The notes under the pieces: generated by a model | What the model was told of the DNA's origin: nothing | Databases searched by the model: none | The model's input: only the letters and a program-made list of their open reading frames with translations | DNA from: Ophelia neglecta | Lineage: Eukaryota | Direction: 5' to 3' | DNA: 64,000 nucleotides | Assembly (NCBI GenBank): GCA_965285935.1 | Contig: OZ260666.1 | Coordinates: 7,316,001-7,380,000, forward strand | Shown here: one piece after another, positions 13,861-26,960 of the stretch | Layout: every line of letters begins with the position of its first letter | Position numbering within the stretch: the first letter of the stretch is position 1 | Position numbers and translations under genes: made by a program

Positions 13861-14604
13861 AGGTATTTAAACCTATAATTATACAGTCCTCGACGTTTTA
13901 ATATATACATTTCTATACACTTTATTTCGTATTTCTTCATTGCGACGCATACAAACCGCTGAAACTAGACAGTCTGCATCCTGTCTCTGAATTGCCGATT
14001 ATTCTTGTGTTGCCACGTCTGTAATATTTCTATACATGTTTGCGTGCATGCCTCTGTGTGTGAGAGTGTGTATGTATTTACGTCTGCTACAATAACAGAT
14101 TTTATGCATGAAACTGAGTATGTATACATGGCTTAGTATAAAATTGTTTGTTTGTATAAGTATGTTCTTCTGTAAATTTGTGTATATTTTATGCCATCAT
14201 GAAAGCAGCAAACTTATCATTGTTATCATAAAACAGCAATAAACGGGTATATATCAGTCAATCACAGACCTAGAATACAGAGAAATGCCGGCCTAATACA
14301 AAAATACACTAGTCTAAAACAGCAACATACCGACCTGACGTACATTTGGTTAAATAAATGACAATAAACACAACCCTCATGATAGTTCCATTCAGAAATT
14401 TAAGTTTAAAATTATAATTAATACTGTCCAATTTTATTCAAATCACTATATTCAATAACGTTATATAATAAAATCAATATCCCTGTTGTGTGTACTTGAC
14501 ACGACTATAGCACAAACGTCGAGGGAAACAACTGTCAATGCTGCTTCAATAAAGGTTCGTCACACTGAATAATAACCACTGTAATCAGAGAGAAGGCGCT
14601 TTAC

Positions 14605-14637
<33 letters not shown>
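14605..14637. repeat. (TGAT)n microsatellite, about 8 units
   Basis: tgattgattgattgattgattgattgattgatt. Confidence 0.97.
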
Positions 14638-15209
14638 AAATGAATGATTGGTTGAGTGAGTGGCTGGTAAAATACTGCTATAGGCATCGCATCAATCATA
14701 ATCATTTAGACTGCCTTCCCTGCATCACAGTCAGTATGGTTTGAGGGGATTTGTCTGAGGTGTATCTATGACGATGTCTGGATCATAGACATATCATCGT
14801 AGGCAAGGTTTATGTTGCTAGAAGTCAGGAATTAATACCCTCGAGGTGCTCAAACCAAGCGATGTTCCTGGGTGTACCAAGAAAATATTTGAGAAAGTTA
14901 ATGATGATCAAACTCTTCATTAAAATTGACAACTTAAAGTCGGTCATTGGAAGGGGTTTGGATATTACGCTAGAAAGATATGTCCATGGCATCTTTAGCG
15001 TACTCCATTAATTCCCGACATGCGTCATTCAACATTAATCTGCATAAATATCATAAAGCTCCAGCCTGTCAAATAGGAAACTAAAAGTTTATAATGATAA
15101 TGGTATAAATCAAACTGTCATAAGAAGATTTACCATGCACTATGAAAGAGGGCGTCGAGTTCATATATTCGTTTTATAAACTTGCTCTAGATGTATGACA
15201 TTTATGTCC

Positions 15210-15330
15210 CATAATCAGCATCCATACACTCATCCTTAAAACCAATTTTATACTCAGTATCCATGCTATCATTCTCACCGTCAATATCATACTCAGCATC
15301 AATGTATCCATCCGTACCACCAATATCAAC
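15210..15330. repeat. Degenerate ~39-bp tandem repeat, about 3 copies
   Basis: catactcagcatccatg...catc...ccaatat recurs three times. Confidence 0.7.
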
Positions 15331-16854
15331 AAAATCTTCAGTAAAGCATCAATTTGAAACCAGACGGAACATACACTTAGGTATAATTTACTATTTATAT
15401 TATTGATAATGAGAATACTCTACTGACTGTCTTACTTATCAATTAGGTAACCAAACGTAGAAATACATCCGTATTACTACAATGCATTACGTATTAACAA
15501 TAATACAAATTGAGCTGTTTTATCAAATATATACACCTACCTTCATGCTTCCAAAAGACATTGGGCGGTCAGGAGGACGGTCGCCGGATCCTAGCTTATG
15601 CTGGGCAGCATGGGTCCATATTTTGTGGTTGTCCTTGGAATTGGAGGCGTAATAAGGAAGTGTTCTAAAGGTATATGCTTCTCTTTGGTATATAATAAAA
15701 GAAGACCTTATCACATAATGAATTTCACACGACGAAGTGCTCCACTTATTGTTAAGTACACGGAGCGTTACTATCACAGATTAAATCTCCAGTGTCGGCC
15801 TCTGATACTGTGACGTAGCAAGGGACTTCTCTCGAGAATTACTTAACCTGTGACAGACTGGTCATCCGCTGCTATGTCTGTAGAGTCCAGATTCCCGTAC
15901 AATTTTTTCATGCGGTAACATCCGACTCGTTCCAGGCGAAGTTATTTTTGTGTTGTTTTCTCTCACTCAGTTAAGCACCCTCATCTGAGTAATGTCATTT
16001 CTGCGAACTTTTCAAGGACATAACAATAGAGCATATATTCCTACCCTCAATTTGAAAAGAGCCATGCGATGGAAATATTTCATATCCATTATCCTCGAGA
16101 TTTTCTTATTTCCTCCTAAGTGTGCCCTTCCTTGTTCAATACCCTTGCGATTGTCCAATTTCCCTCGACTGACATTGAAATGCAGTTTGATTGATCATCC
16201 TATTCCAGTCTAGGAATTAGACGCGGGATCTGAAACAAACACAATGCCCAGATTATGTTTAGCACTTTATTTTTAATGTGAATTGTGGATATCAGCAGAT
16301 ACTAAATCGTTATATGGCAAAGTCAAATAAAACCTGCGATAGTCGACAGTCATATAATAATATCTAAAATCCTTCAATGATTACATGTTGATATATTATA
16401 CTAAAAAGGATGCAGTAATAAAAAAAAATATTATTTTATAAAACACATGATTTCATTCATTCCTATTCTTTAACCAGCTTGAGTCACCCACACACCTAAC
16501 GCGGCCATGACAGTTTCGCTAAGAACACTGCAGATTGAGATCCCAAAAACTGAACAAAATATGTAGGGATTTCCCGCACACCTTAGTTCCTGTTTGAAAA
16601 CTTGGATCAGAATATGTTTCCCATTATAACCACAATTGCAATTTCAAAAACTACATTTCATGAAGCAACAAAAAATAAGTTATATAACTTTAATTAATTC
16701 GATGACCATCCACGTATTTTAATCAAATTCCTCTCTCCTGTGTCTAATGTTCATAAAATATCTTTAATGTGATGGACAGTTAATCTTTACGGACATTGTT
16801 TCCACGGCGTCCTTCAGGAAACAGCAACTGCAGAACTGCATATATCAAAGCCTA

Positions 16855-17348
16855 CCAGAAACAAGGAATATGAAAGAATTAAACTTACAAAGCATTCTTT
16901 GAACACTTGTAATGAGAACGTGCCAACAGTTTTCCTTGATGCGAGCCAGACCACATAAATGATTCAGCGGCACGAGCAGGACGATGATGAGATAATACGC
17001 CCTAGGAGAGTCTTTGATGGACTAAGCTCTCACACTCATTTGACTCGAGATGTATTTTGCCACCGCAAAAATGCCGCGGTGTCTCATGGGTCATGTGGTC
17101 GCCAGAAACAAGGAATATGAAAGAATTAAACTTACAAAGCATTTTTTGAACACTAGCAATGAGGACGGGTCAACGGTTTTCCATGATGCGAGCCAGACGA
17201 CATAAATGATTCAGCGGCACGAGCAGGACGATGATGAGATAATACGCCCTAGGAGAGTCTTTGATGGACTAAGCTCTCACACTCATTTGACTCGAGATGT
17301 ATTTTGCCACCGCAAAAATGCCGCGGTGTCTCATGGGTCATGTGGTCG
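16855..17348. repeat. 247-bp tandem duplication
   Basis: ccagaaacaaggaatatgaaagaattaaac starts at 16855 and 17102. Both copies end in catgtggtcg. Confidence 0.97.
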
Positions 17349-19790
17349 ACGATGGACTGACAAAGCCTATCTCGAGGCCCATGATTTACAACAGCCTTTC
17401 CTCCTTAATGTTAGAATTAGCATTGTCGCCAGTATCTTAAGCTTTAAAATATTGATTTCAATGGATCTATGGAGCTGCCATGAACTTAACAGGCTTAATT
17501 CGTTTAGCCAAAGGTTATCATCACTACGAAAGGTTATATATATGTTCGGGCTTCTTAACCTCAATATAAACAAATATTTGATGAGTATGCCCAATAAAAT
17601 TATTAATTTTGATAAGCACGGATATGTGAGGCGAGTACATTCATGTCTTAAGGGTATACCGAACCCCTACTTGATGTTAAATGTTATAATTGCTTTCTAT
17701 CGACGATTACCATATATACAACAAAACTTTCATAATATATAGAGCCCACAAGGTAGCAATAAGCCAATGAGTGGAAATTTCTGAAAAACAAATTATGACT
17801 TTGTAGCACTTTTTGTCAGAAAATATAGGTATTTTTGTCAAAGGTTGCCATGGAGCACTGAAATTATTTATAAGTGTGACAGTTGTGCCAATGCTACACA
17901 TTCTGTAGACCTATTATAAACTATTATTGACAAGTTTATTTGTCATATGAAAATTCGGACATAGCCTCTTTCTTGGAGCCATTTTACATGGGTTGTATTA
18001 GTGATTTCTTGGGCAAACTAAAATATTATGTACAGGTATCCCACCTGTCATAATATTCAGTTTATCACAACTATCAGTGATCCGGTGAGAGTGGGGAAGA
18101 GCATAATTGCCATTGCCTAATTCTTGGTCATGCATGGCTGATCATTATGGTCATGTAACTAACATACCATAATATGTCTTGTTTGTAAACAAATAATTAG
18201 CTGATGGGCATGAATAAAAATCCTTTCTTGAGTAAAATAGAAATTGCTAAGAATGAAAATAAACGCACCAATGGATAGAGCAGATTAAGCTCTATCAAAA
18301 ACAGTACTTTTTAAAAAATCGCCCAATTATGACATTTAACATCCAGTAGGGGTTAAGAATACCCTTAATGGTGCTTTAAAACACCGACCTCCAGAATCAA
18401 TTGTCTGATTTCAATTTCGGCTTGTGATTCCCATATAAGGCGGCAATCACGGCGTTCGGACTCTTTCAAGAATGCATGTTATATCTCCGAAACCCAACTG
18501 AATTGAAACTAAACAGCTAAGGTGCCTCTAACGGCGTTTGAACTGATCGAACGGAATATTGCTTTATAAGCTCAGACTACTCAATGCCTCGTGTACCCTG
18601 CATTAGCAGGTCTGGGCGCCTTTCTGTTAGAAGGCAGGCAAGTGACTGGCAAGTACAATAGACATTTATTACATGTTGAAAAACCAATTAATCTGTCTAA
18701 AATGAAGGTGCTTGATGATTTTATCTACAAAAAAAGTACATATGGCGAGAGTACCTTGGCCAAAAGAATCTTAGAATTGCTTACTTCACTCACTTCATGG
18801 AGCAATCTAAAGTCAATCACAGATTGAGCCAAGTTTCTGGCTTTTTTTCAACAGCACGTCAATCAGTGTTGGTGTGAGGAATAAAGAGTGGAAATTGAAA
18901 AGATGGCAGCAATTCAGCAGGCAACATAGTCGTAACACTTTATGGTTTTTCAGCCAACGGCAAACAGAAAAGAACCATTGTAAGGACATCAAATGGCTTT
19001 GATGTATATTATGGACTACGTTTTCTGAAAAGTAGTTCCGCTTGAAACAAGAATCTATCTTATACACGGGAATAACGCCATTTCTTTTCCAGGGAAACTA
19101 TTCACGAATGAGAACTTCATACTTGGAGAAATTTCACATAAAAATATCCTCCTACGTGTAATCATCGGCTTAATATGACTAAAGCCGGACACTTGAAATA
19201 AAAATAGTCCGTGAGCTACTTGGTTTTAACTAACATTTCCAGCATTTGTACCTGAAATAAAGGACGCAACACAACACTATAATCCGTTTAAGGTTTTAAT
19301 GTGGTTTTAAAATTGATTCAGACGAAATGCTGGCCACAAGAGAAATTCCTTCACTGCTTCACTGTCTAGCTATTTTTTATCATCCGTGTTGTCCCAAGGC
19401 TCAAGCGTAAACGTGATATACAATGTCAGGGAGACGCCAAACTCATGTTAACATGGGAGGTAATAATTGGATGTTGCCAGTACGCCTGTGTTCATGCATT
19501 ATTGTGATGAGTTTACACCACAGGGAATTGTAGCAAGGGCAAACTAAATGCACTGGAAAAACTCGTCAGCATTCAATGACCAAATTGACAATCTTGCTAA
19601 ACGCTAGTTTTATCCTGTGGCAATGTTCACCGCCTTAATTGTACGGCGGTTAAATAACAATAGTGAAGTGGCCAGCATGTCATTCATGAATATTGAAGCA
19701 TCAGTAAAAAGCACCGAGGGGAAGCGATGGGTTAAGGGAAAGCGCGGTCACGGAAGGGGTGGGAGGGGGGGGGGGATAAGGAAAGGGACA
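16870..19790 (-). pseudogene. Decayed coding unit of unknown family, copy A (interrupted at ~17.5-18.5 kb)
   Basis: Collinear homology with 20.33-22.72 kb in blocks ~17110-17510 and ~18510-19720. Minus-strand peptides include FPVHLVCPCYNSLWCKLITIM, VCRWLKNHKVLRLCCLLN, QHVINVYCTCQSLACL and LNELSLLSSWQL. Stops and frameshifts lie between the blocks. Confidence 0.5.
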
Positions 19791-20329
19791 TGAACAGGGC
19801 AGGCATCCAGAATGTTACTATATATGTGTTTCACTCGAGCAAGCTGATATTTTTTTGCAGCCACCTTACAAAAAGCAACTTATCTAATGAATGCGTTGCA
19901 GCGCGTTCTCTGTAGAATGACCAGACGTATATCCGGAGTGCACCACTTCAAGGAGGCAAGGGTAGTACTGATGTTTAGAGAGCCGGGCTACAAATTATAT
20001 CTCATGAGAATTTGGCACAAATGAAAGGTTAATGAAAGGCCTTAAACGCAATAAAGGTATTGACCTCCAGCCCAGGCGGCTGCTGCAGGAGGTTCACAAT
20101 CACGTGTTTTTGTCTCATATGTAACCTGGCCACATGAGAGCAATAAAATAAGTATATACATGAAAAGGTTCAAAGTTCACATCAAGTGTATCTATGACAA
20201 ACATTGGGAGTAGATACCAGTAGACAAAGCAAAATCATTATCAACAATATTCCATGAAAACGGTACCAATTCATCAGGAACGATCGAAACACCAAAAATA
20301 TCAGTCCCTAAAAGCAAATAACATTATAA

Positions 20330-22720
20330 CGGAATGAAACATACCAATAGAAGTAGAGGACTACCAATGAGAATTGGTCAACATTTAAAACAAATGGTTT
20401 AGTTGCATAAGTAGCACGATAAAGAAATATGCCCTAGGAAAGTCTCTAATGGACTAAGTTCTCAGATACAGTTGAGGCTAGATAAATGTGTCTACCACAA
20501 AACATGCAGCGGCCGCTCAGGGGTATTGTGGCCGCTGAGACATTGACAAAAGCCTATCCCGAGACGTATGTTTTACAACTTTTTTCCTCTATTTCCCTTT
20601 TTATGTTAGAAGAAGGCATTGTCGCCAGCACATAGAACTTTAAGTTATTAATTTCAATGGATCCAGGGAGCTGCCATGAACTTAACAAGCTTAATTCATT
20701 TAGCTGCTGCTGCGGCCTGGAAGGTGCAATGTAATGGAAATGAATTTCTTCCACTAATGAAATTATACCGTCAAAGGTATCGGACCACTGCTTCTTTTAT
20801 CGCTCGGGACCTAGATACGTCACACCTAAATGCCAAACCAATCTATTGCTTTTGTTTCTTGGGGGCTTCTCGTCCATTAAAAGCTATTCCCACAATGAGC
20901 AAATCTATTTTTTTCTATCTATCAAGTTTCACATCTTGGTTGCATAGGAATAAACTAAATACACCTACATTTTAGTAACATTGAAATAAGGAAGATGGGT
21001 GATTCTGCTCTGTAGTTCAAGGCTCTACTTTTAATGAGTATTGGAGTGGCTATTGTTAAAAAAATAAAGTCACGAAGAAGCGGAGTATATTTGTGCACCA
21101 CGCTTTCTTAACATAATTTAAGGGTGTCACGTGCTGTTTATGCTTAATAAACGTATCAAGCATTGATAATTAAAAAAAAGGCACAGAAACGTAAGTAAAA
21201 TACAAAAATGTTCAATTTGTCATTTGTAACACCGGCATCCGACAATCATTGCCTGTTTTTACTGGTATAGACGATCATTTGATGCTTACATCAATAAAAT
21301 AGTTTGCAATCGATTTCAGAATTCCTTGTATAGGTGGGAGGCACTGTCTTCTGAATCTTTAGTAAGCATAGTGCGATGCCACAATGCAGCTAAGGCCCCT
21401 TTAATGGAGTTTGAACAATAAAATAGAATTGCTTCATAAGACCGCTCAACTGCTTGTGTACTTGATATAAGCCAGCCTGAGCGCCTTTTTGACTTAAGGC
21501 AGACGAGCGACAAGCAAGAGCAATAGAAATATATTACATGTTGGCAACAGTGAATCTTTCTACCATAAAAACGACTGAATTAAAATTATATAGCTTTAAA
21601 CACAAACGCTAAGAGGGCAAGATTGCTTTGACCGAAAAAATAAAAGAATTGCTTACTTGACTCACTCTATGGAGCAACTTAATATCGATTACTACCCGAG
21701 CCACCTTCCTTCAAAATCACGTTAATCAGTGCTAGTGTACGGTATAACGACTGGATATTAAAAAGTTGGTCGTAATTCATTAGGCAGCACCGCAGTACCA
21801 GTTCGTTGTTTTCCAGCCAAAGACAAAACAAGTGGTAAGAACATCAAATGGCATTGTTGTAGCTTAAGAAATGCATTTCCTCGAATGTAGTTTCGCTTGA
21901 TGTAAGAATCGTTCTTAAATACGTGAAGAAACTATGAAATGTCTTGAAAAATTATCTGGCACGCCGACAAATCAAGTGTGAAAACCTATTACTTGGAGAA
22001 TTCTAATATAAAAATATTTACTACGTGTTGTCAGCGCCTGAGATTAATGTCATCAATATCTGGTGAAAATATTATTCACCAAATTCTCCTGTTTGAGACA
22101 ATTTATTACTTAAATATAGTCGGTGAGCGAGCTGGTTTTAACTACTGAATTTGGACCGCAAAGCAACCATATAAACCGTTTAAAGCTGCAGTGTGGATTT
22201 ACTGAAATTGATTCAGAATAGATTTACCAACTGGCCACAAGTGAAACTTCTTCACTGCTGTCCAGCGAGCGATTTTTTATCGTTTCTGTTCTCCTCAGCA
22301 TCATGTGCAAACGTGATGTAGAATGTCAGGGAGACGCAAGTCCCGTGTTAACTCGAGAGGGATAATTGGATGTCGCCAGTACGCCTGTAATCAGACATTA
22401 TTGTGATGAGTTTACACCACAGGGAAATACCGCAAGGGCAAACTAAATGTACTGGAAATACTCGCCAGCCTTCAAAGACACAATTGGTAATCGTGCAAAA
22501 TGCCATTTCTTTCCTGCGGGAATGTTTACTGCTTGAGTTAAAGCGATGAAATAACAATAGAGAAATCGCCGGTACTGAGTTCGCATAGATATTGCCGTAT
22601 CAACACAGCACCGAATGGATCGGATGGGGTAGGGAAGACTTGGGTGTAGTGGTGTGTGTGTGTGGCGGGGGGGGGGGGTTGAGGGGGGGGGGGACGGCAA
22701 AAGGGGCCCGTAATTCAGAC
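20330..22720 (-). pseudogene. Decayed coding unit of unknown family, copy B
   Basis: Homologous minus-strand peptides FPVHLVCPCGISLWCKLITIM, FCLWLENNELVLRCCLMN, QHVIYFYCSCLSLVCL and LNELSLLSSWQL. It ends, like copy A, in a G-rich tract. Confidence 0.5.
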
Positions 22721-23627
22721 AGTTAAAATATATGTTTTGCACACTGGCAGGACTTAGAATGACCCTGGCCTCCATGAAGTGGTCAACTCCGGATATTTCT
22801 TCTTTTTTTTTTGGGGGGGGGGGGGGGGGTCGAAGGGTGCTTTATCAATATATTTATCAATTTTGAAAGTACGTATATGTTTTGATGGGAACTAAAGCGA
22901 AAATGAATTATATTCATCTATGTTTGAATAGCCTCGCCCCAACCTCCATCGGCCCGGTACCAGATAGTTGGTTTCTAAGAAGCATAGCGACCACAACATG
23001 ACTCGTTACGCCAATCATGGTTATAAGGAGTTAAATCTGTGTCAACAGTTATGATTATGACAAATTGGCTTAATTAAATTTGCTTGTTACCGACGGAAGT
23101 GGCCACTTCGCACAATTGGCCTATGATTGGCATCATTACCGCTAGAGGGAGACTAGTCTAGAACCTAATGATGGTCTCGTCCACCTTAATGGCGTTGCGG
23201 TAACCCGCCTAATAATTCAGAAGCAATCTCAGAGCATCAATTGTAAACGTAGTCCTAACAGTTCCTGAACTAAAAATGCTATAAACATCGGACTGGACGT
23301 GAGAAAAGAATACTGGCAAGACAGCAAACACGTAGGTTCTATAGACAACACCTCAAATCATCTCTACTGTCGACACTAGCTAATCCATAAAAAATTAAAT
23401 TGGATTTTTTGAAGTGTAAGCGTACTTAAGCCATTGAAGCTCGCGGAGCGTATTCGACCACGCACTTTTAATTGAAAATATGGTTTTGGAATAATAATAA
23501 TATAATATAACCAATATATTTACAAATAGAGAAATGAATGCAGAATTGGTTTTTTTCATTATCAAATCTACAGCGGAAATGTCAAATCTTAAAATAAAAT
23601 TATTGGAAACCTCATGTGATTTTTTTG

Positions 23628-23716
23628 AATTGGCTTGGATTCGACCCAACGACCCTTGCGGTACCACCACTCTGCATAACGACACATGCCACTTTACCTT
23701 CTGCGCTATATCCCAA
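23628..23716 (-). pseudogene. tRNA-like / Pol III A-box and B-box relic (SINE head or tRNA pseudogene)
   Basis: Minus strand reads gggatatagcgcagaaggtaaag ... ggtcgttgggtcgaatccaag: an A-box-like tagcgcagaagg and a T-arm-like ttgg-gtcgaat-ccaa. Acceptor and anticodon stems do not pair well. Confidence 0.4.
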
Positions 23717-26464
23717 ACCAACCCGAATCTATATCGGGACATTACCACGAACATAAAATGTTCAACAGTTGCTCGCAAGTTCGCTACATTGTCCTTTCCG
23801 CGTAATGTCTGTGTTTACATTAAGCTTATAACAGGGTTAGAATTCATCTTGTCGTAACTAAGGTGATTCTACAGTCATTCACGTCCTCTCATCCCAATCT
23901 CAAGTTATAACTGCGAGTTCATTAGCAAAATGACCGCATCAAATAAGTCTATAATCGACCCTGGTTGTTGCATAATAAACGTTTGGTGTAGTCGGCGAGA
24001 GCAATACACATGGTAAAGGGAAAAGTGCCAACTTAGTGATACGAACATATTATAAATGGTATCAAGGACCCTTTGCTGTAATTTAGGGTTCACATCATAT
24101 GAAACAGAACGCCAGAGTGACTTGCTACTTACGGACAATAAAAGCAATTTGAGGAATGCATTCAACTTAGTGACCTTCAGATTATTGCCAAACACCCAAC
24201 ATTGCAATGCCCGCTGGAACCCTCAATTGGTATGACTGATGGCGAGATGCCGACCTCACGAGTGTCTTTATGCTTGTCAAAATGAGTTGGCACGCTGTAG
24301 AGCCTAGGCAAATTGTATTTGTCATTGACAAATAGTGTCAGTCAGTACCGACCACGTTTTACGCTGGAAGAGGATGTTTCCAAGCGCTACTAGTCCTGGT
24401 ACTCATTTGTGATAGAAGTGCTGTTTACAAGCTGTTCATACCTCGATAATCCTAAACGATTCAAGAATCATATTGCACCCTATAATATCGTTATCGACTT
24501 TCTCCGCTGAGTAAGGACAAAGGGTGGGTTCCTGGGGAAGTAGGGCGTAGCAGGATCTTTTCGTGAATTTCACGATTATAGCGACATTTCCGGTTATTTC
24601 CTGATAAAGTATACCTTGTCCATCGGAGAGTATTGGTAAAACAACTGGGTCTGATTCCTACCAGACAACGAACACCACGACTCCAATAGCCCCTCAGCCA
24701 CTCTCAACAGCGCATCAGTGTATAGCACTCTCATCGGGTGATTGATGCAAAGCTTTGATAATGGGATCCTAACTCGGCGTTATCAGCTGTTCATCTACAT
24801 GGTCGGCCCGTTACTTTGTTTGAAATTTACATGATTCAAATAATATTGGCAATAAATTTGGAAGTTCATTGAAGTTAGTTAAGAGCAGACTGGACTATCA
24901 TCATATGAATGTTGTTTCATAGCAGCATTGCCCTTCATTATCCTGGGCTGGAGCTAAACACTTTACCGTGGTCTGGGGTTAAACGTATTACGGTCGCCTT
25001 GGGCTAAACCCATCAGTGGGTAATGGTCAAAATAAACGGTTTAAATACACATTTATGGAGTCTAGGTCAAGTTACTGATTTCCTGTATTATCTACATGGT
25101 TTACATATACAATGTAACTTAAACAAGGGCGTGAATGTCCAAACGATATGCAGACGATCGGCCTTAAAATATGTGCCTTCACCGAACGCACTTCGCCACA
25201 CTGTCCTCCTTCGCATCCAAAACAATGGGAGGGTAGACAATGGGATGACAGTGAGTAGACAGTGAATCCGTGTTCTTAATATTGGCAAGATTGTGCAAAT
25301 CGACCAACAATGCCCTTCTTTTCGACAATTTAATTATACAGGGAAGATCATTTTATACTCATCCTCTTGATGTTTCTCAATAAATATAGACTGCCTTTGT
25401 ATCCACCGACACAATGTTGAAAGAAAGCTGATAGTGCCATTATAATATTACATAAAGGAAACACTCAAATAAAATAGTTGTAAGGCGCCTTTGTTTCCGT
25501 CTTGTGTCTTCAGTTTATTAAATAATTGTCACATTTTGTGATTTATGGTCAGACCACATTTTTTAAAACTGTCATGCACTATTTCCACTTGATCATTTAT
25601 TACGTAAATGCTGTATGCATATTACCGGCAACATCAGCAGTCCCTTCCTGTAGACTATCGTTTGTCACCCGGCCACAGGAAGAAATTGTCAGCAACATCC
25701 GGTGGCAAACAGAATTTATCAGTTGTGTGCGAGCATAGGTCACATGTCACAGGGCGTTAAATCTTTAAACAGAGATCAGCTCCCAAAACGATCTACTTAA
25801 AATGGATTATACATCTGGATTGAATTATCAAAAGGACATTTGTAATTTGTTAGTTTCAAAAGGCGTTTTGCTTTTACAGAACAAAACAACAATTATAGTT
25901 AACAGTCTGCCTAATATTTATTATAGGTACAATACATGCCATTTCATAAAGAAAGCTTAAGTTTATTTCCGTCTTTGAAGGTATCCTTGCTGGTAATGCG
26001 TCACATGCCATATGTTTAAAAAAAACTTGGCTCTTGCATGATCTTCCCAAACTTCCAACCCTAACCAGTTACTTGATCCACCATTCTATAAGTTAAATAC
26101 TCGCTTAAACTTTACAAATATACAATTATAATCTGGTTATCGTCTTCTTCCATCTGACGTCGCTCAAACCGGTCCTGTTTAGTTTGTATTCTGGGGAGTT
26201 GGCCTCACCTTGTACCCTTGTCTAGGGTGTCAATGTTATATGTTAAACTCCACTAATCAGTCGTGACATGAAAAATGGCGTACAACACACACGTCTGACA
26301 TAGGTCATTGGTAACCATGACAACGTTCTCGTGACATTTAAAGGGTCTTCGACAGATTGCGTTTACCTAGCTGAGTGGGGCAACCATTTCTGAGAGAATT
26401 CCCTCGGTTTGTCCTGCCTTACATGAAAATCTGTATTAATAAATCGAAATGTTTAAGTGGTGTA

Positions 26465-26622
26465 CATATTAACCTGCCTTAAAAGCCACCTCTATATTCA
26501 GAACGCCTGTTAGTTTACTGTAACCTTTCAATGCATAAAACAAACCCTCTGATCAGACCACCTCTATATTCAAACCAGTATTTTTTCAGTTTGGTGGTAG
26601 TCTCAACTTACAGCTTTCACTG
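26465..26622. mobile_element. MITE, same family, copy 3 (more diverged)
   Basis: aacctgccttaaaagccacctctatattcaga ... ggtagtctcaacttacagctttcactg. Both TIRs are eroded. Confidence 0.8.
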
Positions 26623-26960
26623 AACTAGTAACGGCAGGAAAGCGCGGGTTGATAAACCACGTGTGTTGTCTCGCGAACAAATTGTGTCTGAACCAACCTC
26701 GATTTTAGCCATTGGTAATCCAATGGTAGTAATTAATGGTTATTAGTGGACATTTTCAAACAAGAAACACAATACTCAAAACGAACACTTTTCGTCAATG
26801 TTTTAAATAAGTAAGTGAATTCACTTGTGAGCCTGCGAGTTTTCTTTCTATCTTTCAGCTTTACTGTCAAATGCGACCATGTTTCGATTACTGCACACAT
26901 GCACGCGTATCCAAATTAATTGGGGGGGGGGGGCTATTATCGACTAATACTGGAAAGCAC

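Noticed and set aside
18510-19250. Plus-strand gene using TAA as a sense codon (TAA shared by both duplicate copies)
   Set aside because: The shared TAA triplets are more simply TTA (Leu) codons or out-of-frame triplets of a minus-strand reading. TGA and TAG stops are also present.
22640-22830. Functional G-quadruplex or regulatory poly-G tracts (also ~6448, 19765, 28770, 34106, 35973, 57220)
   Set aside because: Homopolymer runs recur throughout the window, and nothing in the sequence indicates function.
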